Origin: a virus
Lineage: Duplodnaviria > Caudoviricetes
Direction: 5' to 3' (one strand)
IMG/VR virus record: IMGVR_UViG_3300025131_009806
Span: 1-58,364 of that record
Length of the DNA: 58,364 nucleotides
Part shown: one piece after another, positions 39,254 to 48,447 of the stretch
How positions within the stretch are numbered: position 1 is the first letter of the stretch
Layout: every line of letters starts with the position of its first letter
Translations under genes and position numbers: made by a program
The notes under the pieces: model-generated
Database searches by the model: none
The model's input: only the letters and a program-made list of their open reading frames with translations
Told to the model about the DNA's origin: nothing

Positions 39254-39282
39254 TGTAATTCTATGCTTTTTTTGTTTATAAT
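39254..39282 (+). promoter_or_regulatory. Putative promoter with a straddling inverted repeat
   Basis: TGTAAT-N17-TATAAT. AAAGCAT (39246-52) pairs with ATGCTTT (39263-69), followed by a T-run: weak terminator or operator. Confidence 0.55.
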
Positions 39283-39288
39283 AGAGGT

Positions 39289-40128
39289 ATGAGTAAAATA
39301 GAAAAAACTTTCCCAACAGGAAAGCAACATGTATCATTTTCTGAGATCAAATGCTGGAAAGAGTGCACATGGCGACATAAGCTAGTTCATATAGACAAAG
39401 TTGATATTTTTGAGCCCTCTCCTTACTTAGATTTTGGAACTGCCGTTCACTCTGGATGTGAGGTCCTTTTAGAAAAGAATGATCTTGATTATGATAGCCT
39501 CTTAAAAGATATTGTGGATGCTTGGGATAAGCATGGGTTTGGAAAGCCAGAGTGGTATGAAAAAATGCCTGGCTGGTACAAGCATGTTCCTGTAGAAGAG
39601 TGGTGTACATGGGCATCTAATATGTGGAGCGAGATTCCAAAATTTTTAGATGAGACGTTTCCAGGCTGGGAGTTTGTATCTGCTGAGGAAATGTTATATG
39701 AGCCTGTTGAAAATAAGGATATTAACTTCAAAGGATACATAGACGGGATTATAAGAGTTCCTAATAAAGCTGGCAATGGGTACAAGTACTGGATCATTGA
39801 CTGGAAAACAGCGCAGTCTTATGGGTGGAGAAGGTCTAAAAAGCAAGATATTTTAATGACTGCACAGTTAATGCTATATAAGCACTTTTGGTCTAAGAAG
39901 CACTCTGTTGAACTTAAAGACATAAGATGTGGTTTTATATTATTAAAGCGCGGCGGTAAGCCAGGCAAGGTCTGTGAGCTTGTGACAGTATCTGTGGGAC
40001 CTAAGTCTCTAGAAAAAGCCCTAAAGATAATGAATAATATGATAACATCTGTTAGAAGAAAAATGTTTCTAAAGAATAGAGATTCTTGCAGGTACTGTCA
40101 GTTTAAAGACACAGAACACTGTACGTAA
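39289..40128 (+). CDS. PD-(D/E)XK RecB/Cas4-like exonuclease with a probable Fe-S cluster
   Basis: SFSEI..WKEC, FGTAVH, GYIDG, IIDWKT, QLMLY, C-terminal CRYCQFKDTEHC. Confidence 0.88.
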   Translation: MSKIEKTFPTGKQHVSFSEIKCWKECTWRHKLVHIDKVDIFEPSPYLDFGTAVHSGCEVLLEKNDLDYDSLLKDIVDAWDKHGFGKPEWYEKMPGWYKHVPVEEWCTWASNMWSEIPKFLDETFPGWEFVSAEEMLYEPVENKDINFKGYIDGIIRVPNKAGNGYKYWIIDWKTAQSYGWRRSKKQDILMTAQLMLYKHFWSKKHSVELKDIRCGFILLKRGGKPGKVCELVTVSVGPKSLEKALKIMNNMITSVRRKMFLKNRDSCRYCQFKDTEHCT

Positions 40129-40174
40129 TTTACTAGTTTTTTTTACCACAGTAATATTTTAGAGAAGGCAATCT

Positions 40175-41425
40175 ATGACCCAAAAGAAAAAAATTCTTGT
40201 TCTATCTGATCATGCACTATCAACTTCTGGAGTTGGCTGTCAGACAAGACACTTAATTAACGGACTGTTAAATAAAGATGGACACTGGACATTTCGACAG
40301 TTTGGTGCGGCTCTCAAGCACATAGATTATGAAACTGTTGTTGTCAATGAAGATTTTATCATCAAGCCCATTGATGGATTTGGAGATAGAAATCTTATAA
40401 GGATCACTTTAGCAGCTGAGAAGCCTGACATACTATTAATCTTCACTGATCCTAGATTTTTTATATGGTTGTTTGAGATGGAAGACGAAATACACCAGAT
40501 TTGTCCAATTGTTTGGTGGCATGTGTGGGATAACTATCCTTATCCAAAATTTAATGAATCTCTCTATGAGGCAACTGACTCAATTAACTGTCACTCTCAC
40601 CTGACATATGAAATGGTTAGCAACGTTTTTCCAGAAAAGACAAACTTCATACCTCACACACTGCCCGACGAGATCTTTCACCCCATCAGTGAAAAAGAGA
40701 AGAGAGAATTTAAGGGTAATGTTCTAGGTGAATCTAGAAAAGATCACTTCATTGCGTTTTGGGTTAATAGAAATGCAAAGAGAAAAAGACCAAATGATGT
40801 ACTTTTTTCGTGGAAGCTATTTTTAGACATGCTAGAAGAAAATCATGGGCATAGAAATGCAACACTTATAATGCACACTGATCCCTATGATCAAGAGGGC
40901 CCAAATCTAATCACAACAGCTGAGATGTTTAAAATACATGAAAATGTATTTTTCTCAACAGATAGACTAGAATTTGAGAAAATGAATATACTTTACAATA
41001 TATCAGATGTGACATTAAATGTGAGTTATGCTGAAGGATTTGGTCTTTCTACACTAGAATCAATGCAGTCTGGGACACCTATAATTGCTGTTAAAACAGG
41101 TGGGCTAACTAGGCAGGTCGTTGATCACAGAGACGGAACAGAAAACGGTGTAGCCCTAGATGTCGAGTGTAAGACACTTGTGGGTTCACAACAGGTGCCT
41201 TACATATATGAGGACTACTCACGTCCAGAAAGTATAGCAGGTGCTATTTTAAAGATCTATAATCTTTCTCCCGAAGAATCAATAAGTCTATCTAACAAAG
41301 TAAGAGAATATGCATTAAGTGAATTCTCTCACCAAGACATGATAGATAAGTGGCATGATACACTTTTAGATGTGTCTGATAATTGGGAGAAGAGATATAA
41401 AAGATGGGAATATTTTTCTCTATAA
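40175..41425 (+). CDS. GT4 glycosyltransferase
   Basis: LSDHALSTSGVG, NRNAKRKR, EGFGLSTLESMQSGTPII. Confidence 0.9.
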   Translation: MTQKKKILVLSDHALSTSGVGCQTRHLINGLLNKDGHWTFRQFGAALKHIDYETVVVNEDFIIKPIDGFGDRNLIRITLAAEKPDILLIFTDPRFFIWLFEMEDEIHQICPIVWWHVWDNYPYPKFNESLYEATDSINCHSHLTYEMVSNVFPEKTNFIPHTLPDEIFHPISEKEKREFKGNVLGESRKDHFIAFWVNRNAKRKRPNDVLFSWKLFLDMLEENHGHRNATLIMHTDPYDQEGPNLITTAEMFKIHENVFFSTDRLEFEKMNILYNISDVTLNVSYAEGFGLSTLESMQSGTPIIAVKTGGLTRQVVDHRDGTENGVALDVECKTLVGSQQVPYIYEDYSRPESIAGAILKIYNLSPEESISLSNKVREYALSEFSHQDMIDKWHDTLLDVSDNWEKRYKRWEYFSL

Positions 41426-41443
41426 GAAGGGAGTTTTAAAAGA

Positions 41444-42631
41444 ATGATTGAAAATTCTTTTGTAGTAAAGAAAAAGGTAATAATCAGAGCTCCGCTGCTA
41501 TCAATAAGTGGCTATGGAGTTCATTCAAGACAGATATTCAAGTGGCTTGAAACAAGAGATGACCTTGATGTTCGAACACAGATAGTCCAGTGGGGAAATA
41601 CAAGCTGGATGATTAATTCAGAATTTGAATCAGGAGCCGTTGGTAAGATAATGAGCTTATCATCAAATCATGATTCTCAGCCTGACATATCATTTCAGGT
41701 TCAGTTGCCTGACGAGTGGGATACTGAACTAGCAAAGCTCAATATAGGAATTTCTGCTGTTGTTGAAACTGATAGGTGTAACCCTGCATGGATAGAAAAT
41801 ATAAATAAGATGGATCACGTCATTGTTCCGTCTGAGCACATAAAAAATACTATTTTATCGACAGGAACCGTCACAACACCGTTACACGTGATACCAGAGT
41901 GGTACATAGAAGAAATAGATAAAGACAGTGTAGCCGAATTAGACATAGAGGTTAGTACATCATTTAACTTTATATCAATTGCTCAATTTACTGGAAATGA
42001 TCCTGAAAATGATAGAAAAAATCTCTTCTATACAGTTAAGTGGTTTTGTGAGGCATTTAAAGGTGACGAGGATGTGGGACTCATACTAAAAATAAATCAC
42101 GGAAGAGGAACCACAATTGATAGACACATAACAAGAAATAAAATGAGACAGCTTGTGTCTGAGGTGAGGGATGGAGAATTTCCAAAGATTCATATAATCC
42201 ACGGAAATTTATCATCTGAAGAGATGTCATCACTATACAGATTGCCAACTATCAAAGGCTTGATAAGTCTAACAAGAGGTGAGGGATTTGGCCTCCCTCT
42301 TCTTGAGGCAGCAGCGTCTGGAATTCCTGTCATCGCAACTAATTGGTCAGCTCATCTTGATTTTCTAAATCTTGGAAAATTTATACCTATTGACTATAGC
42401 ATGGTAGAAATACCAGAGTCTCGAATTGATAATAGAATATTTTTAAAGGGCATGTGCTGGGCTGAGCCAATTGAGGCTGATTTTAAAAAGAAGATTATTA
42501 AGCTGAGACATAAGCATGACATACCAAAGCGCTGGGCACTAGATCTGTCTAGTCGAGTGAGAGATATTTTTTGTTCAAAGTCTATAATTTCACAATATGA
42601 CAGCATGATAAATGCCATCTTAGAAGATTAA
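41444..42631 (+). CDS. GT4 glycosyltransferase
   Basis: SGYGVHSR, VIVPSEH, DRKN, RGEGFGLPLLEAAASGIPVIATNWS. Confidence 0.9.
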   Translation: MIENSFVVKKKVIIRAPLLSISGYGVHSRQIFKWLETRDDLDVRTQIVQWGNTSWMINSEFESGAVGKIMSLSSNHDSQPDISFQVQLPDEWDTELAKLNIGISAVVETDRCNPAWIENINKMDHVIVPSEHIKNTILSTGTVTTPLHVIPEWYIEEIDKDSVAELDIEVSTSFNFISIAQFTGNDPENDRKNLFYTVKWFCEAFKGDEDVGLILKINHGRGTTIDRHITRNKMRQLVSEVRDGEFPKIHIIHGNLSSEEMSSLYRLPTIKGLISLTRGEGFGLPLLEAAASGIPVIATNWSAHLDFLNLGKFIPIDYSMVEIPESRIDNRIFLKGMCWAEPIEADFKKKIIKLRHKHDIPKRWALDLSSRVRDIFCSKSIISQYDSMINAILED

Positions 42632-42964
42632 ATGCTTTCTCTTTCTGTCTTGACCTCTAGCTTATGCGTTTTTTTAACACTTATTCTATCTGCGTCTATT
42701 TATTTTAACATTAAGCATGCATTGTTGATAATAAAAATGCAAGAAGCAATAGAGGAATCTCTGGACATATTAGATAAAAAATATGAGAAAATAGATGCAA
42801 TTCTTAAAACTCCTGTTTTTTTTGATTCTATTGAAATAAGACAGGTCATAACTGAAATTAGATCATCTCGAGACTCTATACTCTATCTTGCTAATATTCT
42901 TGCTGCTGTTACACAGGATGAAAATTATGATGAACAGCCGGAGAAAGAAATTAATGAGAGGTAA
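42632..42964 (+). CDS. Small protein with an N-terminal transmembrane helix and a coiled coil
   Basis: Hydrophobic N-terminus (LCVFLTLILSASIYF) followed by a helical soluble part. Confidence 0.6.
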   Translation: MLSLSVLTSSLCVFLTLILSASIYFNIKHALLIIKMQEAIEESLDILDKKYEKIDAILKTPVFFDSIEIRQVITEIRSSRDSILYLANILAAVTQDENYDEQPEKEINER

Positions 42965-43682
42965 AAGAGTTAAGAGAGTTGGTAGAAAAAAGGGAAGCAA
43001 GAATCTTTATTTTAATAAAGATACACATGACGCAATAGTTCGATACCAGATAGAGACCGACACATCAGCTAGAGAAAAAATATATGTAAGTGAAATCTTG
43101 CCAGCATTTGATAAGTTGGCAGAAAATCTTATCTTTATTCATGGTTTTGCAAAAAATGCTGACTCTTATGAGTCACTAAAGAGTGACTGTGTCGCATTTC
43201 TATATGAAACTTTAGAAAAGTTTGACCCATCAAGGGGAACAAAAGCATTCTCTTATTTCAATGTAGTTGCAAAAAACTGGCTAATTATACAGAGTAAAAA
43301 GAGGACTAAGAGCAATCAGCGTCTCGTAAGTATTGATGATTCAACTCGCCTTAGTAGTCATGACGTAGAGAAAATTGAAAACTTTTCGGTATCTCCCCCT
43401 CAAGATTTTTTTATGATCAAGAAAGAATCTATAGCAGAGTTATTTTCTCTAATGGAGATAATAAGGCTAAGGCTTAAAAGTGAAAATGAGATAGCATGCA
43501 TGGATGCTATAATTACGCTATTTAAGAAAATAGATGATCTTGATCTTTTAAATAAGCGCGCAGTGTTTGTTTATATGAGAAGTCTTTCTAATTTAAATCC
43601 AAAACAATTATCAGTTGCAATGTCAACAATCAGAAAACACTACAGAGACCTAATTAAAGATGGGGAGTTTGATATATTTTAA
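42954..43682 (+). CDS. Phage late sigma factor (T4 gp55-like)
   Basis: Basic N-terminus, NLYF, KLAENLI, LEKFDPSRGTKAFSYFNVVAKN (sigma region 2-like); ATG at 42954 preferred. Confidence 0.65.
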   Translation: MRGKRVKRVGRKKGSKNLYFNKDTHDAIVRYQIETDTSAREKIYVSEILPAFDKLAENLIFIHGFAKNADSYESLKSDCVAFLYETLEKFDPSRGTKAFSYFNVVAKNWLIIQSKKRTKSNQRLVSIDDSTRLSSHDVEKIENFSVSPPQDFFMIKKESIAELFSLMEIIRLRLKSENEIACMDAIITLFKKIDDLDLLNKRAVFVYMRSLSNLNPKQLSVAMSTIRKHYRDLIKDGEFDIF

Positions 43683-43691
43683 GGAGGGATC

Positions 43692-44063
43692 ATGTCAAAG
43701 GTAGTTGAAAAACTTATAGACAGAGCTGCAGCTAAAGAGATAAAAATAGAAAAATTTTCTGATCTATTAGAGTCTTTAGAGAACACAGAAGATAAAAAGA
43801 AGATGCTATGGAAAGAGATATATGAAAACTCTCTTAATGATAGAGAGAGTGCTGGAATATTATTCACTGACCTCTTAGCACAGTCAAAAGGAAATGCAGC
43901 TAATCACGCAATGTTTGGCCAGATTATGTCTAAATATCTGGAGAGAATGTGTAAGTCAAATGATCAAATATTAAAGCTAGCAGAGCTAATAGCTAAAGAA
44001 GACACTAATAGCGATGTTCTCACGCCCGATGACATATTTAATCAGATAGACAAGAAAGAATAA
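43692..44063 (+). CDS. Hypothetical helical phage protein (possibly terminase-small-subunit-like)
   Basis: AGGAGG RBS, helical and charged sequence. The function is a guess from size and context. Confidence 0.4.
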   Translation: MSKVVEKLIDRAAAKEIKIEKFSDLLESLENTEDKKKMLWKEIYENSLNDRESAGILFTDLLAQSKGNAANHAMFGQIMSKYLERMCKSNDQILKLAELIAKEDTNSDVLTPDDIFNQIDKKE

Positions 44064-45781
44064 TGGGAATAACAGGCCTAGGACAGCTATATACTCCTGG
44101 AGGATTGGGTGATAACACTCACGGTGTAAATGTTGGAAAAAGACCTGCTAATTTTTTCTATACAGCTGTTGTTATAAACTATATATCAAATCCAGTACTA
44201 GATCTAGAGCAAGTGGCACCCAATCAAGAGCCTAATTCAGAAACAGGAGAGTTTGCAACCTATAGGTCATCCCTGAAGAATGGCAAAAATAGAGTCTTGA
44301 ATGTGAGTCGTGTAGATAAGATGCCGAGAAATAGCATCATTGCACAGATCGTCACCGGCGGTGAGGGAAGATATGGGATGGCTGAGATATTTTATCCCTT
44401 CTTCTCTCCTCACCTCTCTCTTCCCCTCAAGGCAGGAGAGCAAGTCTGGGTTTTTTATGAGGAAGTTGGACGAGGTACAAGAAGATCTGATACAGTTGGG
44501 TACTGGATAAGCAGAAAGTCATCAGATATACAGGTAGATGACATAAACTATACTCACCAAGATAGAGTTACACTAGGCTTGCCAAACCAGGGAGCGTCCT
44601 CTTCAGCTAGATCAAATCAAGAAGGAGAGTCTACATCTGGTGTTGATGCATATGGCTTTCCTCTTGGCGGGCGAAGAGATAGTGGGTCTAATACACTAGG
44701 TGGGACAGCCCCCTATGATTCCATAATAGATAATTCGTATTCTTACGTGGGAGACTTCACACCTGAGCCAGTTCCCAGGTATAGTAAGCGTTCGTCTGAG
44801 CTAGCTATCCAGGGGTCTAATAATACGCTCATATCTCTGGGAGAGGATCTTGGATTCAATGAAGATAGGCTTCTCGTAGGAGATAGGCTAGTAAGTCAGG
44901 ATGGAGCTGGAAAGTTAATATTTAGCCAGCCTGTCATGGGCCGCGGCACCATTGATATGGTCGTCGGACGTGGAGTTACTCTGTCTGACGGGACTACTAT
45001 ATTTGATAAGGACCCAGAGGAGTCCAAGTCAGATGCACTAGATCCGTCTACAGGTAGCTCTGGAGACCCACCGGGAGTTCCTATAGGAATTGCCAAAAAT
45101 ACAAGAGAGTATATAGAGGTTGATAAGACACCAGATATAAGTGAGGTCGCTCAAAAAAGTAATTATTATGAGGGAACTCCAGACTTTATCAACGACTTAT
45201 CTAGAGCATACATTTCTATGAAAACGAGTGGAGATGAGAACTTTGCGATAGACAGCATAACAAATGTCGGATCCTCTACTGAAAATTCATCTGTTGACAC
45301 CGATCCGCGTTCAGAGGAGCCCTACATCATATTAAAGTCAACAAATCCTAGGATCATAGCAAGAGATGACGGAAGCATCAAGATAGTCCATGAGGCTGGA
45401 TCATCTATCGTGATGGATGACAGCGGAAGGATACAGATACAGGGTGGCAGCATATGTATAGGTTCAGATACTGCAGATCAGCCCTACATCAGATATGATG
45501 AGTGGAAGCAGGTGATGAAGAATGTCATAGAGGACATAAATGAGCTTGCCCTAGCTGTGATGCAGATCAACTTAATGCTATATACTTGCTCACAGGTCGG
45601 AGGCGCCAATTCATTTTCTGGAATGGCTGCGTGGAAAGCACTTAATGGAATGATATCAGCTCTTCAGGATACCACTGCTAGCGATATGTATATATACGAA
45701 CTATTTGCAAATACAATAGGTGAACAAGTCCGAGAATATGACATAAAGAATGTTCAGTCCGAAATAATATCAGGAGAATAA
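44063..45781 (+). CDS. Baseplate hub/central spike protein (gp5/gpV-like)
   Basis: YPFF..HLSLPLKAGEQVWV OB-fold-like segment, IQGSNNTLISLG, GSIKIVHEAGSSIVMDDSGRIQIQG beta repeats; lies upstream of gp25/gp6. Confidence 0.6.
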   Translation: MGITGLGQLYTPGGLGDNTHGVNVGKRPANFFYTAVVINYISNPVLDLEQVAPNQEPNSETGEFATYRSSLKNGKNRVLNVSRVDKMPRNSIIAQIVTGGEGRYGMAEIFYPFFSPHLSLPLKAGEQVWVFYEEVGRGTRRSDTVGYWISRKSSDIQVDDINYTHQDRVTLGLPNQGASSSARSNQEGESTSGVDAYGFPLGGRRDSGSNTLGGTAPYDSIIDNSYSYVGDFTPEPVPRYSKRSSELAIQGSNNTLISLGEDLGFNEDRLLVGDRLVSQDGAGKLIFSQPVMGRGTIDMVVGRGVTLSDGTTIFDKDPEESKSDALDPSTGSSGDPPGVPIGIAKNTREYIEVDKTPDISEVAQKSNYYEGTPDFINDLSRAYISMKTSGDENFAIDSITNVGSSTENSSVDTDPRSEEPYIILKSTNPRIIARDDGSIKIVHEAGSSIVMDDSGRIQIQGGSICIGSDTADQPYIRYDEWKQVMKNVIEDINELALAVMQINLMLYTCSQVGGANSFSGMAAWKALNGMISALQDTTASDMYIYELFANTIGEQVREYDIKNVQSEIISGE

Positions 45782-45782
45782 C

Positions 45783-46013
45783 ATGGTAGTAGAGACAGAA
45801 ACATCAGGAACAAACGAGGATCTTGAGCCAGAAGAGCAGCTTTATAATGACATAAAAATAGCATTTGGATATCCCGAAACAAGTGATATGCCAACAACAG
45901 TTGAAGGAACAGATGATAATCCCAAGCAACAGGCACGAGATAGCATCGAAGATATCTCAGAAAAACTAAGAGATGCTATAGTTGCGTATGTAGAGACACA
46001 GTTAGACGAATAA
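45783..46013 (+). CDS. Small acidic hypothetical protein
   Basis: AGGAG RBS; fills the gap between baseplate genes. Confidence 0.55.
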   Translation: MVVETETSGTNEDLEPEEQLYNDIKIAFGYPETSDMPTTVEGTDDNPKQQARDSIEDISEKLRDAIVAYVETQLDE

Positions 46014-46029
46014 TTATGTCCCGTGTGAG

Positions 46030-46078
46030 ATAATTAATATAATATCACCTTACAGCTCTCGTTTTTGATATAATTAAT
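46030..46078 (+). promoter_or_regulatory. Putative late promoter motif(s) ATAATTAAT
   Basis: Two copies (46030-38 and 46070-78) with no -35 box, before the baseplate wedge operon; AGGAG RBS. Confidence 0.5.
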
Positions 46079-46089
46079 CTTAGGAGTGT

Positions 46090-46581
46090 GTGATGTCAGA
46101 AGAGCTCAGCTTTAAAAGTGTTGGAATCAAGTCTAACGATCCTGATCTATTTAGAGCAGTACAGATAAAGCCTGTCGGGATTAAGACACCGCTAGAGGTG
46201 GGCACTGGAAGATCAGGGATTTTTCAGATGCACTTTGATGTTGCTAATCAATTGATGGATAATCTTAGAAACCTAATACTAACAAATCATGGCGAGAGGC
46301 TTGGTGTCTATGACTACGGTGCAAATCTTCGACCTCTAACATTTGACGTGACAGCAAAAGATGACTGGGATGCAGAGGCGATGCTAAGGATTAATACAGC
46401 TGTGTCTAAGTTTATGCCACAAATGGATCTAGAGACATTTTCGTCGTCACTTTCTTCGAGAAGCGAATCAAACATAATTGGCGAGTGGCTAGCACATGTT
46501 AGACTAGTCTTAAAATTTAATATACCCATGCTTGGTGTCACAAATAGAACGATGGCAGTTGACCTGTGGTGCGTAGGATAA
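46090..46581 (+). CDS. Baseplate wedge subunit, gp25/GPW-like
   Basis: QLMDNLRNLILTNHGERL...DYGANLR, AVSKFMPQM. Confidence 0.85.
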   Translation: MMSEELSFKSVGIKSNDPDLFRAVQIKPVGIKTPLEVGTGRSGIFQMHFDVANQLMDNLRNLILTNHGERLGVYDYGANLRPLTFDVTAKDDWDAEAMLRINTAVSKFMPQMDLETFSSSLSSRSESNIIGEWLAHVRLVLKFNIPMLGVTNRTMAVDLWCVG

Positions 46582-46585
46582 CAAT

Positions 46586-48445
46586 ATGGCACAATCAAAA
46601 AAAATAAAAAATGTGAGATCTAACCAGAGAACATACCTTGCAAGAGATTTTGACTCTTTAAGGGCTGAGCTAACTCAATACGCAAAGATATATTTCAGTG
46701 ATCAGATGACAGACTTTTCTGAAAACGGTGTAGGGGGACTGCTCATTGAGATGGCAGCGTTTGTGGGTGATACACTATCTTATTACCTAGATCATCAATT
46801 TAATGAGTTAGACATACAGACTGCTGTTGAAAGTCAAAACATAGAGAAACTCATAAGAGCATCAGGTGTGAAAATAACTGGAGCATCTCCCGCAACTGCA
46901 ACTATAAATTTTTATCTAGAGGCTCCAGCAGCCTATTCAAATAATGAGTATGTTCCGGATGTAATAGCTCTTCCCATAGTCAAGGCGGGCACACTTTTAA
47001 CATCGACATCTGGTGTGCTTTTTGAGCTTGGAAAAGATATTAACTTTGCTGAAACTGATGCAGCTGGAAAGACTGTTGCAACATATCAGCAGATGAAGAC
47101 CTCAACTGATTCGTCTGGAAATATAGTACCAGTAACTTTTTCTGTCATGCTATCTGGAGAGTGTAAGTCTGGAATATTAAAGACTCAGTCATTTATAATT
47201 CCAGACACATTTTCTCCGTTCATGACAGTCATGCTCAATGATGTTGATGTGACCGAAATCATCTCAGTCAGAGACTCAGATGGAAATACTTATCACGAGG
47301 TTAGTGCTCTGACACAGGATGTAGTCTATAAGCGAGTATTAAATGTTGCTTCAGACAGTGATCTAGCACCTGAGAATCTAGAGCTTGTGCCTGCACCGTA
47401 TAGGTTTATTTCGACTATGAGTAGAAGATCAGGAAAAACAACAATTAGATTTGGTGGGGGCAGTGCTAGCTCTACAGATGATGATATCATTCCTGATCCT
47501 AGTGAAGTTGCTATCTCACTTTTTGGAGAGAGAAAGACATTTTCAAGATTCACAATAGATCCAAACTCACTTCTAGAGACAAGAACACTTGGAATTGCTC
47601 CCAGAAATACAACAATAACAGTAAAGTATAGGGCTGGCGGAGGTCTATCACATAATGTCCCAGCAGGATCAATTAATACTATTTCTACACTCTTTACACG
47701 GTTTTCATCAGGTGCTCCATCTAGCACGATTTCTTCAGTTAGATCCTCCATTGAGTGTTCAAATATAAACCCCTCAGCTGGAGGTGAGGCTCCATTGACG
47801 CTAAATGAGATGAGATCTACAGCACTAGCTTACAGAAATTCTCAAGCAAGAATTGTGACTAGAGAAGATCTTATTGCAAGAGTCTATGCAATGCCATCTA
47901 ACTTTGGAAGAGTTTTTAGAGTAGGAGTTCATACAAACCCAAATAATCCTCAAGCAGTGACAATGTGCATTATAAGCAGAAACTCAAGTGGAAATCTAGT
48001 CACCTCACCAGATGCTTTAAAACAAAGTCTGAGGCTATATATCAATCAATACAGGCTGATATCAGATGCAATTGATATATGTGAGGCACGAGTAATTAAT
48101 GTGGGAATAGATTACGGTGTTGTAATAGACGAAGTATCTAACAAAAATCTAACAATACAAAATATCAATAAGTCATTACAAGACTATATGGTAATTGAAA
48201 ATTTTCAAATTGATCAACCAATAATCACATCTGATCTTGTATCTTTAATAATAAACACTGTAGGTGTTGTGTCACTGGTGAACTTTAAAGTTAAAAACAC
48301 ATCTGGAGTAGTTGACGGCAGAAGGTATAGTCAGGAATTATTTTCTATTCCGTACAATACAGACAGGGGTATTATCATGCCCACTCCAGGTTCAATTTTT
48401 GAGTTAAAATATCCTAAAGATGATATTGTTGGTTTTGCGAGATAA
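46586..48445 (+). CDS. Baseplate wedge subunit, T4 gp6/J-like
   Basis: YLARDFDSLRAEL, LIEMAAFVGDTLSYYLDHQFNE, IRFGGG, VKYRAGGG..HNV, SQARIVTREDL, FELKYP. Confidence 0.88.
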   Translation: MAQSKKIKNVRSNQRTYLARDFDSLRAELTQYAKIYFSDQMTDFSENGVGGLLIEMAAFVGDTLSYYLDHQFNELDIQTAVESQNIEKLIRASGVKITGASPATATINFYLEAPAAYSNNEYVPDVIALPIVKAGTLLTSTSGVLFELGKDINFAETDAAGKTVATYQQMKTSTDSSGNIVPVTFSVMLSGECKSGILKTQSFIIPDTFSPFMTVMLNDVDVTEIISVRDSDGNTYHEVSALTQDVVYKRVLNVASDSDLAPENLELVPAPYRFISTMSRRSGKTTIRFGGGSASSTDDDIIPDPSEVAISLFGERKTFSRFTIDPNSLLETRTLGIAPRNTTITVKYRAGGGLSHNVPAGSINTISTLFTRFSSGAPSSTISSVRSSIECSNINPSAGGEAPLTLNEMRSTALAYRNSQARIVTREDLIARVYAMPSNFGRVFRVGVHTNPNNPQAVTMCIISRNSSGNLVTSPDALKQSLRLYINQYRLISDAIDICEARVINVGIDYGVVIDEVSNKNLTIQNINKSLQDYMVIENFQIDQPIITSDLVSLIINTVGVVSLVNFKVKNTSGVVDGRRYSQELFSIPYNTDRGIIMPTPGSIFELKYPKDDIVGFAR

Positions 48446-48447
48446 AG

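Noticed and set aside
39289-40128. Cas4-like gene as part of a CRISPR-Cas system
   Set aside because: No repeat-spacer array or other cas genes seen; stand-alone Cas4-like nucleases are common in phages.
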